Positions 9,512 to 19,480 of a stretch of DNA of 64,000 nucleotides are shown in pieces; the stretch's first letter is position 1; every line of letters starts with the position of its first letter. The stretch spans positions 576,001 through 640,000 of the forward strand of contig CAXXWQ010000003.1 of NCBI GenBank assembly GCA_963674945.2, given 5' to 3'. This DNA comes from an uncultured Desulfosarcina sp. (lineage in GTDB: Bacteria > Desulfobacterota > Desulfobacteria > Desulfobacterales > Desulfosarcinaceae). Both the position numbers and the translations under genes were made by a program. The notes beneath the pieces were generated by a model that was not told the origin of the DNA, did no database searches, and saw only the letters and a list, made by a program, of their open reading frames with translations.

Positions 9512-11188
9512 ATGCGAAGCACACATACGAAGAGAAGAATCGTCATGGCATGGATGGGGCTGGCCCTTTTGGGGTTCGTTCTGTCGGCCTGCGCGGGACG
9601 GAGTCCGACGGCGCCCCAGAGCCCTGCCACAGGCGCGCGGGGAAGTTTTGCAATTGTGGGCATCGGCCCGGGTGACGGGGATCTCATCACCGTCAGGGCG
9701 GTGGAGGCCATCCGGGCGGCGGATTTGGTTTTCTGCGGTTCGAAAACCAGGAATAAACTCTCGCCATATGTTGATTTCAGCGGCAAGCAGGTCCTGGACG
9801 GGTATGGGGTTCTGTTTCGCTATTACGGCAGGGACTGCAGTCGGTTAAATGGAGAAGGAGAATCCAAACAGCGCATGAGCTGCGAGGAGTACCATCAAAA
9901 GCAGGCCGAATTTGCCCGGTTGGTAAGAGATGCCGTATCTGCAGGCAAGCATGTGGTACTGCTCAGCGGCGGCGACCCCACCATCTACGGGCCGGATATG
10001 TGGTCCGTGAAGGAACTGAAAGAACTCGATCCAACGGTCATTCCCGGTCTCAGTGCCTTCAACGCCGCCAATGCGGCCCTGAAGGTCAGCCTGGGCGAAG
10101 TGATGCTTACGGCGCCCTTCAAAAAGGAGGGCAGCCGGGACACCATCGAGCAATTGGCCGGCCACGAGCGGGCCACCATGGTCATTTTCATGCCACGGGA
10201 TATGAAAGATTTGTTTGCGCGTTTATCGCGTTCTTATCCATCCGATACACCAGTGGCCATCGTCGGCAATGCGGGAATGGTAGGCCAGGAAAAAATTACG
10301 AACGGTACCATGGGCAGCTTTACCAAGGATTTTTCCGACATCCATCGAATGCGTTCGATTGTCTATGTGGGAAAAGCCCTTGAGTATGCGCAATGCAAGG
10401 CAACACCGGCCGACACATCCGGCAAGGGCAAGTTCTATCTGGTTGGTGCGGGGCCAGGCGACGCGGATCTGATCACCCTGCGAGGATTGACGGTGATCGA
10501 ATCGGCGGACCTGATCTTCGCCCACCAGCGGCTGGCCCATAAATTCCAGCGTTACTTGACGGGCAAAGAGGTTCTCACCGGCTATCATCGGCTTTTTCCC
10601 TTTTATGGAAAGCCCTGTGCCGGGGTCTCACAAACCGACAGAGCAAAAGAGCGCATGAGCTGTGAGGAATATCATCAAAAACAGGCCGAGTTCGCCGCCC
10701 TGGTGCGAAAAGCGGTCGCCGAAGGCAAGACCGTGGCCATGCTCGACAGCGGAGATCCCCTGGTTTACGGCCCCTGTTCGTGGTCGCTGACCGAATTGCG
10801 CGACCTTTCTACCGAAGTGGTGCCGGGCGTAAGCTGTTTCAATGCCGCCAATGCGGCCCTCAAGGCCGGCGTCACCGAAGGCAAGACCTCTCATTCGGTG
10901 ATTTTGGCCTCCGGGTGGTCGGTGGAGGAAATGGCCGTCCATCAAGGCACCATGGTGCTGTTTACCATGCGTACGCAGTTCAAGAAGTTTATCGATGGCC
11001 TATCAGCCCATTACCCGGCAGACACACCCGTGGCCATCGTGTTCAGTGCCGGTTATGCTGAAAAAGAACGAGTACTGCAGGGTACCCTGGGAACGATTCA
11101 GGATCAGGTGGGAACCGGCCGGCTGCCATTCGAGTATTTGCTTTATGTGGGTGATTTTTTGGCTGATGGGGGGCGCGTTGCCCATTAA
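9512..11188 (+). CDS. Lipoprotein with two tandem tetrapyrrole methylase (CobM/CbiF-like) domains
   Basis: Lipobox LSA|C; two copies of GxGPGDxDLIT, GDPxxYG and PGxSxFNAANAA. Confidence 0.85.
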   Translation: MRSTHTKRRIVMAWMGLALLGFVLSACAGRSPTAPQSPATGARGSFAIVGIGPGDGDLITVRAVEAIRAADLVFCGSKTRNKLSPYVDFSGKQVLDGYGVLFRYYGRDCSRLNGEGESKQRMSCEEYHQKQAEFARLVRDAVSAGKHVVLLSGGDPTIYGPDMWSVKELKELDPTVIPGLSAFNAANAALKVSLGEVMLTAPFKKEGSRDTIEQLAGHERATMVIFMPRDMKDLFARLSRSYPSDTPVAIVGNAGMVGQEKITNGTMGSFTKDFSDIHRMRSIVYVGKALEYAQCKATPADTSGKGKFYLVGAGPGDADLITLRGLTVIESADLIFAHQRLAHKFQRYLTGKEVLTGYHRLFPFYGKPCAGVSQTDRAKERMSCEEYHQKQAEFAALVRKAVAEGKTVAMLDSGDPLVYGPCSWSLTELRDLSTEVVPGVSCFNAANAALKAGVTEGKTSHSVILASGWSVEEMAVHQGTMVLFTMRTQFKKFIDGLSAHYPADTPVAIVFSAGYAEKERVLQGTLGTIQDQVGTGRLPFEYLLYVGDFLADGGRVAH

Positions 11189-11189
11189 A

Positions 11190-11363
11190 TCAGTGCCCAT
11201 CCAGAAAGGGCCAATTTGCCCGATATCTTCGTTGCGCGAAAAATTTTATCCTCGGAATATCATCCATATGCACCCCAAGGGCATTTCCTTCGGGGCACCT
11301 CCGGTAAAATTTTTCGTACGGCTCGATCTCGACCAAATGTTCCTATTTCTGGACGGACACTGA
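11190..11363. repeat. Palindromic intergenic element (REP/MITE-like)
   Basis: Terminal IR TCAGTGCCCATCCAGAAA / TTTCTGGACGGACACTGA; inner IR CGAAAAATTTTA / TAAAATTTTTCG. Confidence 0.75.
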
Positions 11364-11383
11364 ATATGAAAAGGAGAATTGAA

Positions 11384-12223
11384 ATGTCACGAAAATCGTA
11401 TATCGTTCTGATGGCTTCTGTTTTTTTTGTGGTTGTATTCTATGGTGCCGCTCATGCCCACAACCTGTGGCTTAATCCCGGCAATTACTTCCCCGAGGTC
11501 GGCACCACCGTCGACATCGGCATTGGTTGGGGGCACAAGTATCCGGCCAACCGGGTCGACCAGGAAGTAAAAGACGGCCGGGTGGAAGAGATCAAGGCCG
11601 TTGATCCCGACGGCAAGACCATCGATTTGTCGAAAGTTTCTGCGGCGTTGTACCAGCTGAAGATCGAAAAACCGGGTGCCTATCTGATTACGGCCCAAAT
11701 CAAGCCCGGGTTTTTCACGACCACACCGGAAGGCCGCAAATGGGGAAACAAGAAAGAGATCGCCAATCCCATCAAGTGCACCAACTTTTTCATCCAGGCC
11801 AAAACCGTGCTCATTGCCGGCAACAGTGATAAAAATCTCGGCAATGCGGCCGGCCAGCCTCTGGAGGTCATTCCGCTGAACAATCTTGAGCGGATGAAAT
11901 CGGGTGATGCGCTACGCATCAAATTGCTGTTCGACGGAAAACCGCTTCCCGATGCAAAAGTCAGGGCCACCTATGCTGGATTTGAGACCGAGGATATCGC
12001 TCCCCATCAACCGGCCGCCAAAGAGAAGAAAGAAGATAAAAGGGGGCACCATCGACACTTTCCGGTGGAAACCGTTACGGACGGCCAAGGCAAGGCCGTT
12101 CTGCCAATACAAAAGCCAGGCTTCTGGATGGTCATGCTTTCCCATCGCTGCCCATATGCGGATGCGGGAACCTGCGATGAGTATATGTACAACATGGCGG
12201 TTACTTTCGAAGTTCCCGATTAG
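11384..12223 (+). CDS. DUF4198 (NikM-like) exported metal-uptake protein
   Basis: Signal ending AHA|HNLWL; GWGH; LEVIPL..LLFDGKPL; TDGQG; His-rich GHHRH loop; RBS AAGGAG. Confidence 0.8.
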   Translation: MSRKSYIVLMASVFFVVVFYGAAHAHNLWLNPGNYFPEVGTTVDIGIGWGHKYPANRVDQEVKDGRVEEIKAVDPDGKTIDLSKVSAALYQLKIEKPGAYLITAQIKPGFFTTTPEGRKWGNKKEIANPIKCTNFFIQAKTVLIAGNSDKNLGNAAGQPLEVIPLNNLERMKSGDALRIKLLFDGKPLPDAKVRATYAGFETEDIAPHQPAAKEKKEDKRGHHRHFPVETVTDGQGKAVLPIQKPGFWMVMLSHRCPYADAGTCDEYMYNMAVTFEVPD

Positions 12224-12273
12224 TATCGTCCAACACACCCTCACAGGGTAAGTCACTGCATATGGAGATAAAA

Positions 12274-13110
12274 ATGGAGACCAACAAACAAATCCTATTC
12301 TGGGTTGTTCTTTTCACTGCGGCGATAGTTCTGTCGGCTGCGCCGCAAACCGTTTTGCCCTACCAACAGGCCGAAAACAACTTCTATCTGGTCAGCCTCG
12401 GCGTCGGTGACCCGGATCTGATCACACTTCGGGCCATCAATACCATCAAGGCGTCCGACATTATCGTCTGCCGGGATCAACACAAGGAGGAATTCGCCGA
12501 ATATCTTACGGGCAAGACGATTCTGGACCAATCCATGGCCGGATGGCGTGGGTACCGCAAGGATTGCACATCCATCGAGGATCCCCAAAAACGGGCCGAA
12601 TGTCAGAAGAAAGCGGATTCACGTGCCCAATTGATCAAGCAGATTCGCCTTACGATTGAGGCCGGCAAGACGGTGTCGGTCTTAGGCAGCGGCGACATGA
12701 TGATCTATGGCGGTCCGTACCGCTGGTATCTCGAAGAATTCAAGGATCTTAATCCGAAGATCATACCCGGGGTAAGTTGCTTCAATGCGGCCAACGCAGC
12801 CATGGGCAAGGATATCATGTTGGGCAAGGCGTGCCATTCCGCGGTGCTGACCACCTTTCGCGAAATCGATAAGCTGGCCGGATCCAACCCCACGATGGTG
12901 ATTTTCACCATGCACACCAAATTCAATGAACTGGTGGACAAGCTTACAACCCACTATCCTGCCGACACCCCCATTGCCATCGTGTTTTATGCCGGATACA
13001 AGCAAAAGGAGAATATTGTCAGGGGACGCCTGGATACGATCATCGACCGGACGAAAGGCAAACCGTTTCCCTTCGAGCATCTTGTGTATGTCGGTGATTT
13101 CATGAAATAG
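12274..13110 (+). CDS. Tetrapyrrole methylase family protein with N-terminal signal/anchor
   Basis: Hydrophobic N-terminus, then VSLGVGDPDLIT, GSGDMMIYG, IIPGVSCFNAANAA. Start could be 12262. Confidence 0.8.
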   Translation: METNKQILFWVVLFTAAIVLSAAPQTVLPYQQAENNFYLVSLGVGDPDLITLRAINTIKASDIIVCRDQHKEEFAEYLTGKTILDQSMAGWRGYRKDCTSIEDPQKRAECQKKADSRAQLIKQIRLTIEAGKTVSVLGSGDMMIYGGPYRWYLEEFKDLNPKIIPGVSCFNAANAAMGKDIMLGKACHSAVLTTFREIDKLAGSNPTMVIFTMHTKFNELVDKLTTHYPADTPIAIVFYAGYKQKENIVRGRLDTIIDRTKGKPFPFEHLVYVGDFMK

Positions 13111-13121
13111 CATAACCAAAA

Positions 13122-14525
13122 ATGTCCAATCAATTGAAAAGAGAGTTGGGGTTGTTTTCGGCAACGGCCCTGGTCGTCGCCAACATGGTCGGCACCGGTA
13201 TTTTTACGACTTCCGGGTTTATCATGGCCGAGCTGCAAGATCCGCAGGCGCTGATCTCCTGCTGGCTGTGCGGCGGCCTGTTCGCCCTGTGCGGCGCCCT
13301 TTGTTACGGGGAACTCGGGGCACGGTTTCCCCAAGCCGGGGGTGAATATGTTTTTCTCAAGGAGAGTCTTGGCCGGCCGGTAGGTTTTCTCTCCGGGTGG
13401 ATCTCTTTGATCGTCGGATTTTCCGCACCCATCGCGGCGGCATCCATGGCCTTTGCCACCTACCTTTTTCATACCTTTTCGATTCCCATGGGCGAAGCTA
13501 TTCTCGTCTTTTCAATAGCCGACATCCGCTTGTTGACTTTATCGCCCGCGACGCTGACGGCCATCGGCGTAATCGTTCTCTTCTCCCTGATCCACTACCA
13601 CAGCCTGCGTTTGGGCAGCCGGTTTCAGAACGGATTGACCCTGTTCAAGATTGGCATGGTAGTTATGTTCATCGTCGCCGGTTTTTGGTTGGGGAAGGGC
13701 TCAACCGATCATTTTTCGGCCACGGCAACCACCCCCTGGTCGTCGGAAAAGTTTGCCGTGGCCCTGATTTTCGTTTCCTTTGCGTACAGCGGATGGAATG
13801 CCTCAGCATATCTGGGAGGCGAAATCGTCAATCCCCATAGAAATATACCGATTTCCCTTTTTGCGGGCACCACCATCGTGGTGATTTTGTATGTGTCGCT
13901 GAACCTCGTCTATCTGTACGCATTGCCACCCGAAGCTATGCAGGGGGTCATGGAAATCGGCGCAAAATCGGCGGCAGCCCTTTTCGGTACCGGCATGAGT
14001 CGGCTTTTCAATGGTGCCGTTGCCATAGGGCTTTTGTCTGTCCTGAGCGCCATGATCCTGACTGGGCCGAGAATTTACTATGCCATGTCCAAAGACCGGT
14101 TGTTTTTTTCAGTGTTCGGCCGTCTGGATATGAAACGAAACACCCCGGCCCCAGCAATTTTTCTGCAGGCCGCCATCGCTATCGCAATGGTGGTTTCCGC
14201 CTCTTTCGGCGGCCTTTTGCTGTACATCGGTTTTACGCTTTCTTTGTTTGCCATGCTGACGGTCATCGGATTGATGCGTGTCCGCAAAAGATTTCCCGTC
14301 GCAGACGGGACCTATCGGACGATCGGATATCCATTGACGCCGTTGTTGTTTATCCTGGGCAATCTGTGGATCATTTCTTTTTCCATCAGGAGCCGCCCCA
14401 TGACTGCCCTGTTCGGGCTCGGTACCATTGGCTTGGGGGTTGCGGCCTATCTGTACTTTAATCTCTGCAAGCAGCCGGCTGACAGGTCCCATCTCCACGA
14501 GGGTGTGGTAGATACCGAACGATGA
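13122..14525 (+). CDS. APC family amino acid/polyamine permease
   Basis: MVGTGIFTT, ELGARFPQAGGEY, FAYSGWN; about 12 TM segments. Confidence 0.9.
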   Translation: MSNQLKRELGLFSATALVVANMVGTGIFTTSGFIMAELQDPQALISCWLCGGLFALCGALCYGELGARFPQAGGEYVFLKESLGRPVGFLSGWISLIVGFSAPIAAASMAFATYLFHTFSIPMGEAILVFSIADIRLLTLSPATLTAIGVIVLFSLIHYHSLRLGSRFQNGLTLFKIGMVVMFIVAGFWLGKGSTDHFSATATTPWSSEKFAVALIFVSFAYSGWNASAYLGGEIVNPHRNIPISLFAGTTIVVILYVSLNLVYLYALPPEAMQGVMEIGAKSAAALFGTGMSRLFNGAVAIGLLSVLSAMILTGPRIYYAMSKDRLFFSVFGRLDMKRNTPAPAIFLQAAIAIAMVVSASFGGLLLYIGFTLSLFAMLTVIGLMRVRKRFPVADGTYRTIGYPLTPLLFILGNLWIISFSIRSRPMTALFGLGTIGLGVAAYLYFNLCKQPADRSHLHEGVVDTER

Positions 14526-14549
14526 GTTGATGCTTGAAAGGAAAACAGT

Positions 14550-15023
14550 ATGAAAACCCCTTTCTTATTACTGAGCAGTATTGCTGTGATCTCCATGCTG
14601 ACCGTTTCCATCGGATGGTCCCATGGCGTCGATGGATATGTCGAACCCATTGAGGCCCATTGTGTTACCGCCATGTACGACGACGGAGAACCCATGAGCT
14701 ATGCCGCCGTGGAAATCAAGGCCCCCAATTCGGAGATTGCCTTCCAGACCGGCCGTACTGATCGCAACGGCTGTTTCATGATAAAAACGGATAACCCCGG
14801 TGACTGGCAGGTCGTGGTCAGCGACGGTACGGGCCATCGCCTGGCCCTGGACTTCTCGGTCTCGGCAGATAAGGAGAATCTTCAGGCAGTGGAGAAAGTC
14901 TCCTCTCCGAGAGCAATCCATCATGCCATGGAACGGCCAATCAAAATCATCGCCGGTCTGTCAATCATTTTTGGATTGTGCGGTATTGTCTATGGATGGA
15001 AAGCACGACGCAACGTGTTGTAA
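14550..15023 (+). CDS. NikL/CbiL-like periplasmic Ni/Co uptake accessory protein
   Basis: Signal ending S|HGV; YDDGEP, GRTDRNG, DGTGHR; C-terminal TM. Confidence 0.65.
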   Translation: MKTPFLLLSSIAVISMLTVSIGWSHGVDGYVEPIEAHCVTAMYDDGEPMSYAAVEIKAPNSEIAFQTGRTDRNGCFMIKTDNPGDWQVVVSDGTGHRLALDFSVSADKENLQAVEKVSSPRAIHHAMERPIKIIAGLSIIFGLCGIVYGWKARRNVL

Positions 15024-15058
15024 TCAAAAAGGCTCTTCGTACCAACAAGGAGAAAAAC

Positions 15059-16057
15059 ATGAGACGAATCGTTCGTACCGGTTTTGCGGCAGCCCTGTTT
15101 TTGACTTTCGGATTGTGTACCCATGGTTTCGCGGTCACTTTCGAGGCCATGGTTTCCCAGGCCATGCAGACCCTGAAGGTGTCAAAAGGCGATCCCGACC
15201 TGCTGATTCTTACCGACGCCCCTTATGTCAAGATTGATGGCACCTGCGCACTTCAATGGCTGGATCAGGCCCAGGAGAAAACCGGTTGCACGGTGGGCAA
15301 GGGGAATCTGCTGTTTTTTCAGCGGTCTCAAACCCATCCCCTGCGACTGATGCTATTCAGTAAAAAAGATGGCCATGCGGTTATCATCAGCAGGGAGAAA
15401 AACAAGTTGGAAAGCGACGATCTCGACATAGGCCCGGCCACAATCTCCCAGGCGGCGTTCTGGGAGAAAACCAATGACTTTCATGCGGGCCGGGACTTGT
15501 TTACTTTGGTCGCCATGGCCAATGTGTGGGCCAAGGGTGGGCCGTATGACTTTCTGAAAAGCGCCGAACTGCACAACCATATCTGCCCGGGACTTACTTC
15601 GGGCTATCTCATGGCCCATTATATCCTCGATCACTTCCCGCTGAAACCGGGTGAGCGTTACACGGTAGTGGCCTGCCCCGTATGGTGTAAGGAAGATGCC
15701 TTCCAGGTGATCATGGACTGCACACCCGGCAAGAAAGGTATGGTGGTCAAACGGCTTTCCGAAGCGCAGAAAAAACGGATCTCCATTGACAATCCGGCCG
15801 GCATGGTGCTGATCTGGGATGCCACGCAAAAGCGGGGACGGGGGGCGGCACTGAGCTTTCGCTTCGATCCCTTGCGTTCCCTGTCGCCAAAAGACACACC
15901 CAAGGCCGCCATGGTACTGACCTCCCTTGACTATCTGGATCAGCCGGACCGGTTTGTCTCGACCGCAGCCGAATTCGATCTGGATGAGAAGCGTTACGAA
16001 GCAATTGTTCAGGCAGGTAACAATCCTTGGGAGACCGTGGGGTTGATTACAAATTGA
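15059..16057 (+). CDS. FmdE family protein with signal peptide
   Basis: HNHICPGLTSG, CKEDA and CTPGK motifs; Sec-like N-terminus; RBS AAGGAG. Confidence 0.8.
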   Translation: MRRIVRTGFAAALFLTFGLCTHGFAVTFEAMVSQAMQTLKVSKGDPDLLILTDAPYVKIDGTCALQWLDQAQEKTGCTVGKGNLLFFQRSQTHPLRLMLFSKKDGHAVIISREKNKLESDDLDIGPATISQAAFWEKTNDFHAGRDLFTLVAMANVWAKGGPYDFLKSAELHNHICPGLTSGYLMAHYILDHFPLKPGERYTVVACPVWCKEDAFQVIMDCTPGKKGMVVKRLSEAQKKRISIDNPAGMVLIWDATQKRGRGAALSFRFDPLRSLSPKDTPKAAMVLTSLDYLDQPDRFVSTAAEFDLDEKRYEAIVQAGNNPWETVGLITN

Positions 16058-16110
16058 AATCCGTTCTATCAATTTCGTCGGAAAAATCTTTCATCAACAT
16101 TGAAGGAAAC

Positions 16111-19100
16111 ATGATTTCCATCTTCGTGGCAGGCTGCTTTTTCCTCTCCGGCGCCGCCGGCCTGGTCTATCAAGTCATCTGGGTGCGGCTGATCGACAAA
16201 ATCATCGGCAGTGCGCCGTTTGCCGTGGCCACGGTGCTTTCCGTCTTCATGGGAGGATTGGCCGTGGGCAGCTATCTGTCCGGCCGGATCGCCGACCGGT
16301 TTACTCGGCGCCGCACACTTCTGGCCATGTATGGGATCTTGGAAATCGGTATCGGTATTTGCGCCTTGCTCGTACCCTTGATGATTCATGCGATCCAGCC
16401 GACCTACCAGGCCATTTACGACCGGCTCCTGAACGACTTTTGGTGTTATCAGATGGCTGCATTTGCCGGCTGCGTTCTCATCCTGGTGGTGCCTACCGCC
16501 CTGATGGGAGCGACGCTTCCGGTGCTGTGCCGGTTCTATGTTTTGCGCCTTGAGCATATCGGCGCCCGTACCGGATGGCTTTATGGCCTAAACACGGTGG
16601 GAGCCTCGATGGGTGTGTTGTTGTGCGGATTTGTGCTGATAAAAAGCCTTGGTGTTTCCATGAGTCTGGCGCTTTTTGCCGGCATCAATGGATTGATCAG
16701 CTTGTCCTGCATCCTGATCTCGCGATTTCTGCCGGTCGATGACGGGCCATCGGTTTCTTTACGCCAAAAAGAACCGGTAAAAACCGTAACACAGGTATCC
16801 GACAATCCCAATGCCGGCCCCATCTGCTGGGGCGTGCTGATCTTTACCGTCTCCGGGTTCTGTTCCATGGCCTATGAGGTTCTGTGGACGCGGTTGCTGG
16901 GGCTCATCGCCGGTCCGACGACTTATTGTTTTACTCTCGTGGTGGCCACCTTTATCATCGGATTGGCCCTGGGCAGCATTATATTCGGATGTTTGGCCGA
17001 CAAAACCCGCAACGCATTGGGCTGGCTGACCGGTACACAGATGGCAGCCGCCATGATGGCACTCGGCATCAGCCAGCTTTTAGGCAACGGGCAGTTCTTC
17101 TTCGCAAAGTTGATTCATACCTTTCAAGGAGAGTTTTCTCACCTTATCCTCATGCAATCCGTAGTACTGTTTTGTGTACTGTTGACGCCAACCATTTTTC
17201 TGGGCGCAGCATTTCCGCTGGTCAATCGACTCTATGTGCAATCGGTCGGCGCCATGGGACGTCGTCTGGGAACAGCCTATGCCTTAAATACCGTTGGCGC
17301 CCTGGCAGGATCCTTTGTTGCAGGGTTTGTACTGGTCCCGTGGCTGGGCAAGATGAACGGACTGCGCCTGGTCATTTTACTGCAGTTTTTCCTGTCAGGA
17401 CTGTTGCTCTTATTCCCGACAGTAGTGAAACCAAGGAAGAGCCGATACCGATTGGCCATCGTCGGGCTGGTCGTTATCGGCTGTTTGTTAATCGGCCATT
17501 TCCCGAACTGGCGCAGCGACCTGCTATCACGGGGATGGTATCGTGACTTTGACGCACTTGCGTCGGATCTTGACCGCATCGGGTGGCTGGATGCGTTGAT
17601 GAAAGGAACCCAGCGAATCGCCAACCATCGCCAGGGGCTGGATGTCGTCTTCCAGGGTGAGGGCGCCGGCGGATTTACCACCGTCGAGAAGGAGACTACC
17701 AGTTTGGGGACAGTGGAGTTCGCCATGTTCAACAGCGGCAAAGCAGACGCCTCATCCCATGGGGATCGTTCCACCCAGACGCTTTCGGCCCACATTCCCA
17801 TGTTGTTTCATCCCCACGCGAAGAAGGTAATGATGCTTGGGCTGGCCAGTGGCATGACCGCTGGAGAGATACTGCTATATCCGGTCGATCAATTGGATGT
17901 GCTGGAGATCAATGAAGCGGTCACGCTGGCTTGCAGAAACTATTTTTCTCTCTGGAACAACGATTGTCTGGAAGATCCACGCACGCGTCTGATTGTCCAG
18001 GACGGTCGAAACCATCTGGCCCTGACCCGTCAGTTCTACGATGTCATCATCTCCGAACCCTCCAATCCATGGATGGCCGGTCTTGCCAATTTGTATTCCC
18101 TAGAATTCTTCCAATTGGCCAGACGGCGATTGACCGAACGCGGTCTCTTCGCCCAATGGATTCAGGCCTATGAGATGGATTGGGAGACATTTTGTCTCCT
18201 GGGAAGGACGTTTGCCACCGTTTTTCCCAACAGTGCCCTGCTCAAGGTGGGACCGGTGGACTATCTGATGCTGGGGTTCAACGGCGATGAGGGAGGCTTC
18301 GATTGGCAAACCGCCAAACGCAATGAAATCTACGCGAAGAGATCGAACCTGATCAAGTTCACGGGTATCGATTTTCTCGTTCACCTGATTGTAACCGAGG
18401 ATCTACCGAAGCTATTCGGCCCCGGTCCGCTCCATACGGACGATCGGCCCCATCTTGAATTCACTGCGCCCATGAAACTTTACAACGACCATGGGGACAT
18501 CCCGGGACATGTCGCCGACGGCCGGCGGATATCTCCAGAGATCAGGCATTTTTTCGACACGCACAACGATTTGAATACGTTGTTGGACTTGGTCGAATTT
18601 GCCGCGTCGGCCAATGTGCCGATGTTCGGCATTCTGCCGTGGTCGCATCTTGATAGGGGGCAGCAGTCACGGTATCGAAGGGCCGTGGCCGATTACTGCG
18701 GCCGCGTAATGGTCCCCTCCTATGACATCTTCGATCATCCGGAGCTGAAATCCGAATGTGCCGAGATCCAGATCGATGCCATCCAAAAAAAGATCTCATC
18801 CGACGATGGGAATGTCATTGATCGCTACAATTTGGCATTGGCACAGATCGCCGCCGGCAGGAAAAGGGCGGCAAGGGAAAGTCTGCAGGCAGCCGTCGAA
18901 CGCGATCCGAACCATGAGCCCGCCATGACGGCATTGGGATTGTTGCTGGCCGAAAACGGTTTCCTGGACGAGGCGGCAAACGTGTTTCAAGACGCCGTCG
19001 CGCTGGCGCCGCGAAAAGCAGATCCACACAAGTACCTGGGAATGGTGGAGCTGCGGAGAAAAGCGCCGCAACGTGCTGTTATCAGTCTTTCCAAAGCGCT

Positions 19101-19275
19101 CTTTCTTGCGCCGGAAGACGATATCATCCTCAGTGAATTGGGCGCGGCCTATCTGATGCAGGGCGATCATGAAAACGCCGTGGTCTACTTGGAGAAGGCC
19201 CTTTCCAAAAATCCCCGGGACGAACAAAGTCATTACTACCTGGATTTGGCAAAGCAGCGATCCAAAGCAGATTAA
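16111..19275 (+). CDS. Fused membrane (MFS-like) / spermidine-synthase-like protein with C-terminal TPRs
   Basis: SGAAGLVYQVIW, about 13 TMs, LGLASG, DGRNHL, YDVIISEPSNPW, TDDRPHLEF; TPR tail. Confidence 0.85.
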   Translation: MISIFVAGCFFLSGAAGLVYQVIWVRLIDKIIGSAPFAVATVLSVFMGGLAVGSYLSGRIADRFTRRRTLLAMYGILEIGIGICALLVPLMIHAIQPTYQAIYDRLLNDFWCYQMAAFAGCVLILVVPTALMGATLPVLCRFYVLRLEHIGARTGWLYGLNTVGASMGVLLCGFVLIKSLGVSMSLALFAGINGLISLSCILISRFLPVDDGPSVSLRQKEPVKTVTQVSDNPNAGPICWGVLIFTVSGFCSMAYEVLWTRLLGLIAGPTTYCFTLVVATFIIGLALGSIIFGCLADKTRNALGWLTGTQMAAAMMALGISQLLGNGQFFFAKLIHTFQGEFSHLILMQSVVLFCVLLTPTIFLGAAFPLVNRLYVQSVGAMGRRLGTAYALNTVGALAGSFVAGFVLVPWLGKMNGLRLVILLQFFLSGLLLLFPTVVKPRKSRYRLAIVGLVVIGCLLIGHFPNWRSDLLSRGWYRDFDALASDLDRIGWLDALMKGTQRIANHRQGLDVVFQGEGAGGFTTVEKETTSLGTVEFAMFNSGKADASSHGDRSTQTLSAHIPMLFHPHAKKVMMLGLASGMTAGEILLYPVDQLDVLEINEAVTLACRNYFSLWNNDCLEDPRTRLIVQDGRNHLALTRQFYDVIISEPSNPWMAGLANLYSLEFFQLARRRLTERGLFAQWIQAYEMDWETFCLLGRTFATVFPNSALLKVGPVDYLMLGFNGDEGGFDWQTAKRNEIYAKRSNLIKFTGIDFLVHLIVTEDLPKLFGPGPLHTDDRPHLEFTAPMKLYNDHGDIPGHVADGRRISPEIRHFFDTHNDLNTLLDLVEFAASANVPMFGILPWSHLDRGQQSRYRRAVADYCGRVMVPSYDIFDHPELKSECAEIQIDAIQKKISSDDGNVIDRYNLALAQIAAGRKRAARESLQAAVERDPNHEPAMTALGLLLAENGFLDEAANVFQDAVALAPRKADPHKYLGMVELRRKAPQRAVISLSKALFLAPEDDIILSELGAAYLMQGDHENAVVYLEKALSKNPRDEQSHYYLDLAKQRSKAD

Positions 19276-19396
19276 CCGGCAGTTATAAATCAGTAGATTG
19301 AGCAAAAACCGGACGATTCTGCCCCCATCCATTCTCTGCCGGCAATAACAGGCGAAAAGGTGGAAAAGACCTTCATGCAATTCCCATCATCTCAGT

Positions 19397-19425
19397 TTGC
19401 CGAAAAAACAAGGTTTTGCTATAGT
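19397..19425 (+). promoter_or_regulatory. Putative sigma-70 promoter for the NosL-like gene
   Basis: TTGCCG-N17-TATAGT with extended -10 TG. Confidence 0.45.
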
Positions 19426-19480
19426 CTTACTTCCAATCTCACATCGCACCACGACAATATAACAGAAAAAGGAGTGTTGA

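Noticed and set aside
8088..9524. Long antisense ORFs (also 23841-25268, 34343-35491, 50644-52125, 56001-57401, 59086-60336)
   Set aside because: Shadows of well-supported genes on the other strand in GC-rich DNA; no motifs.
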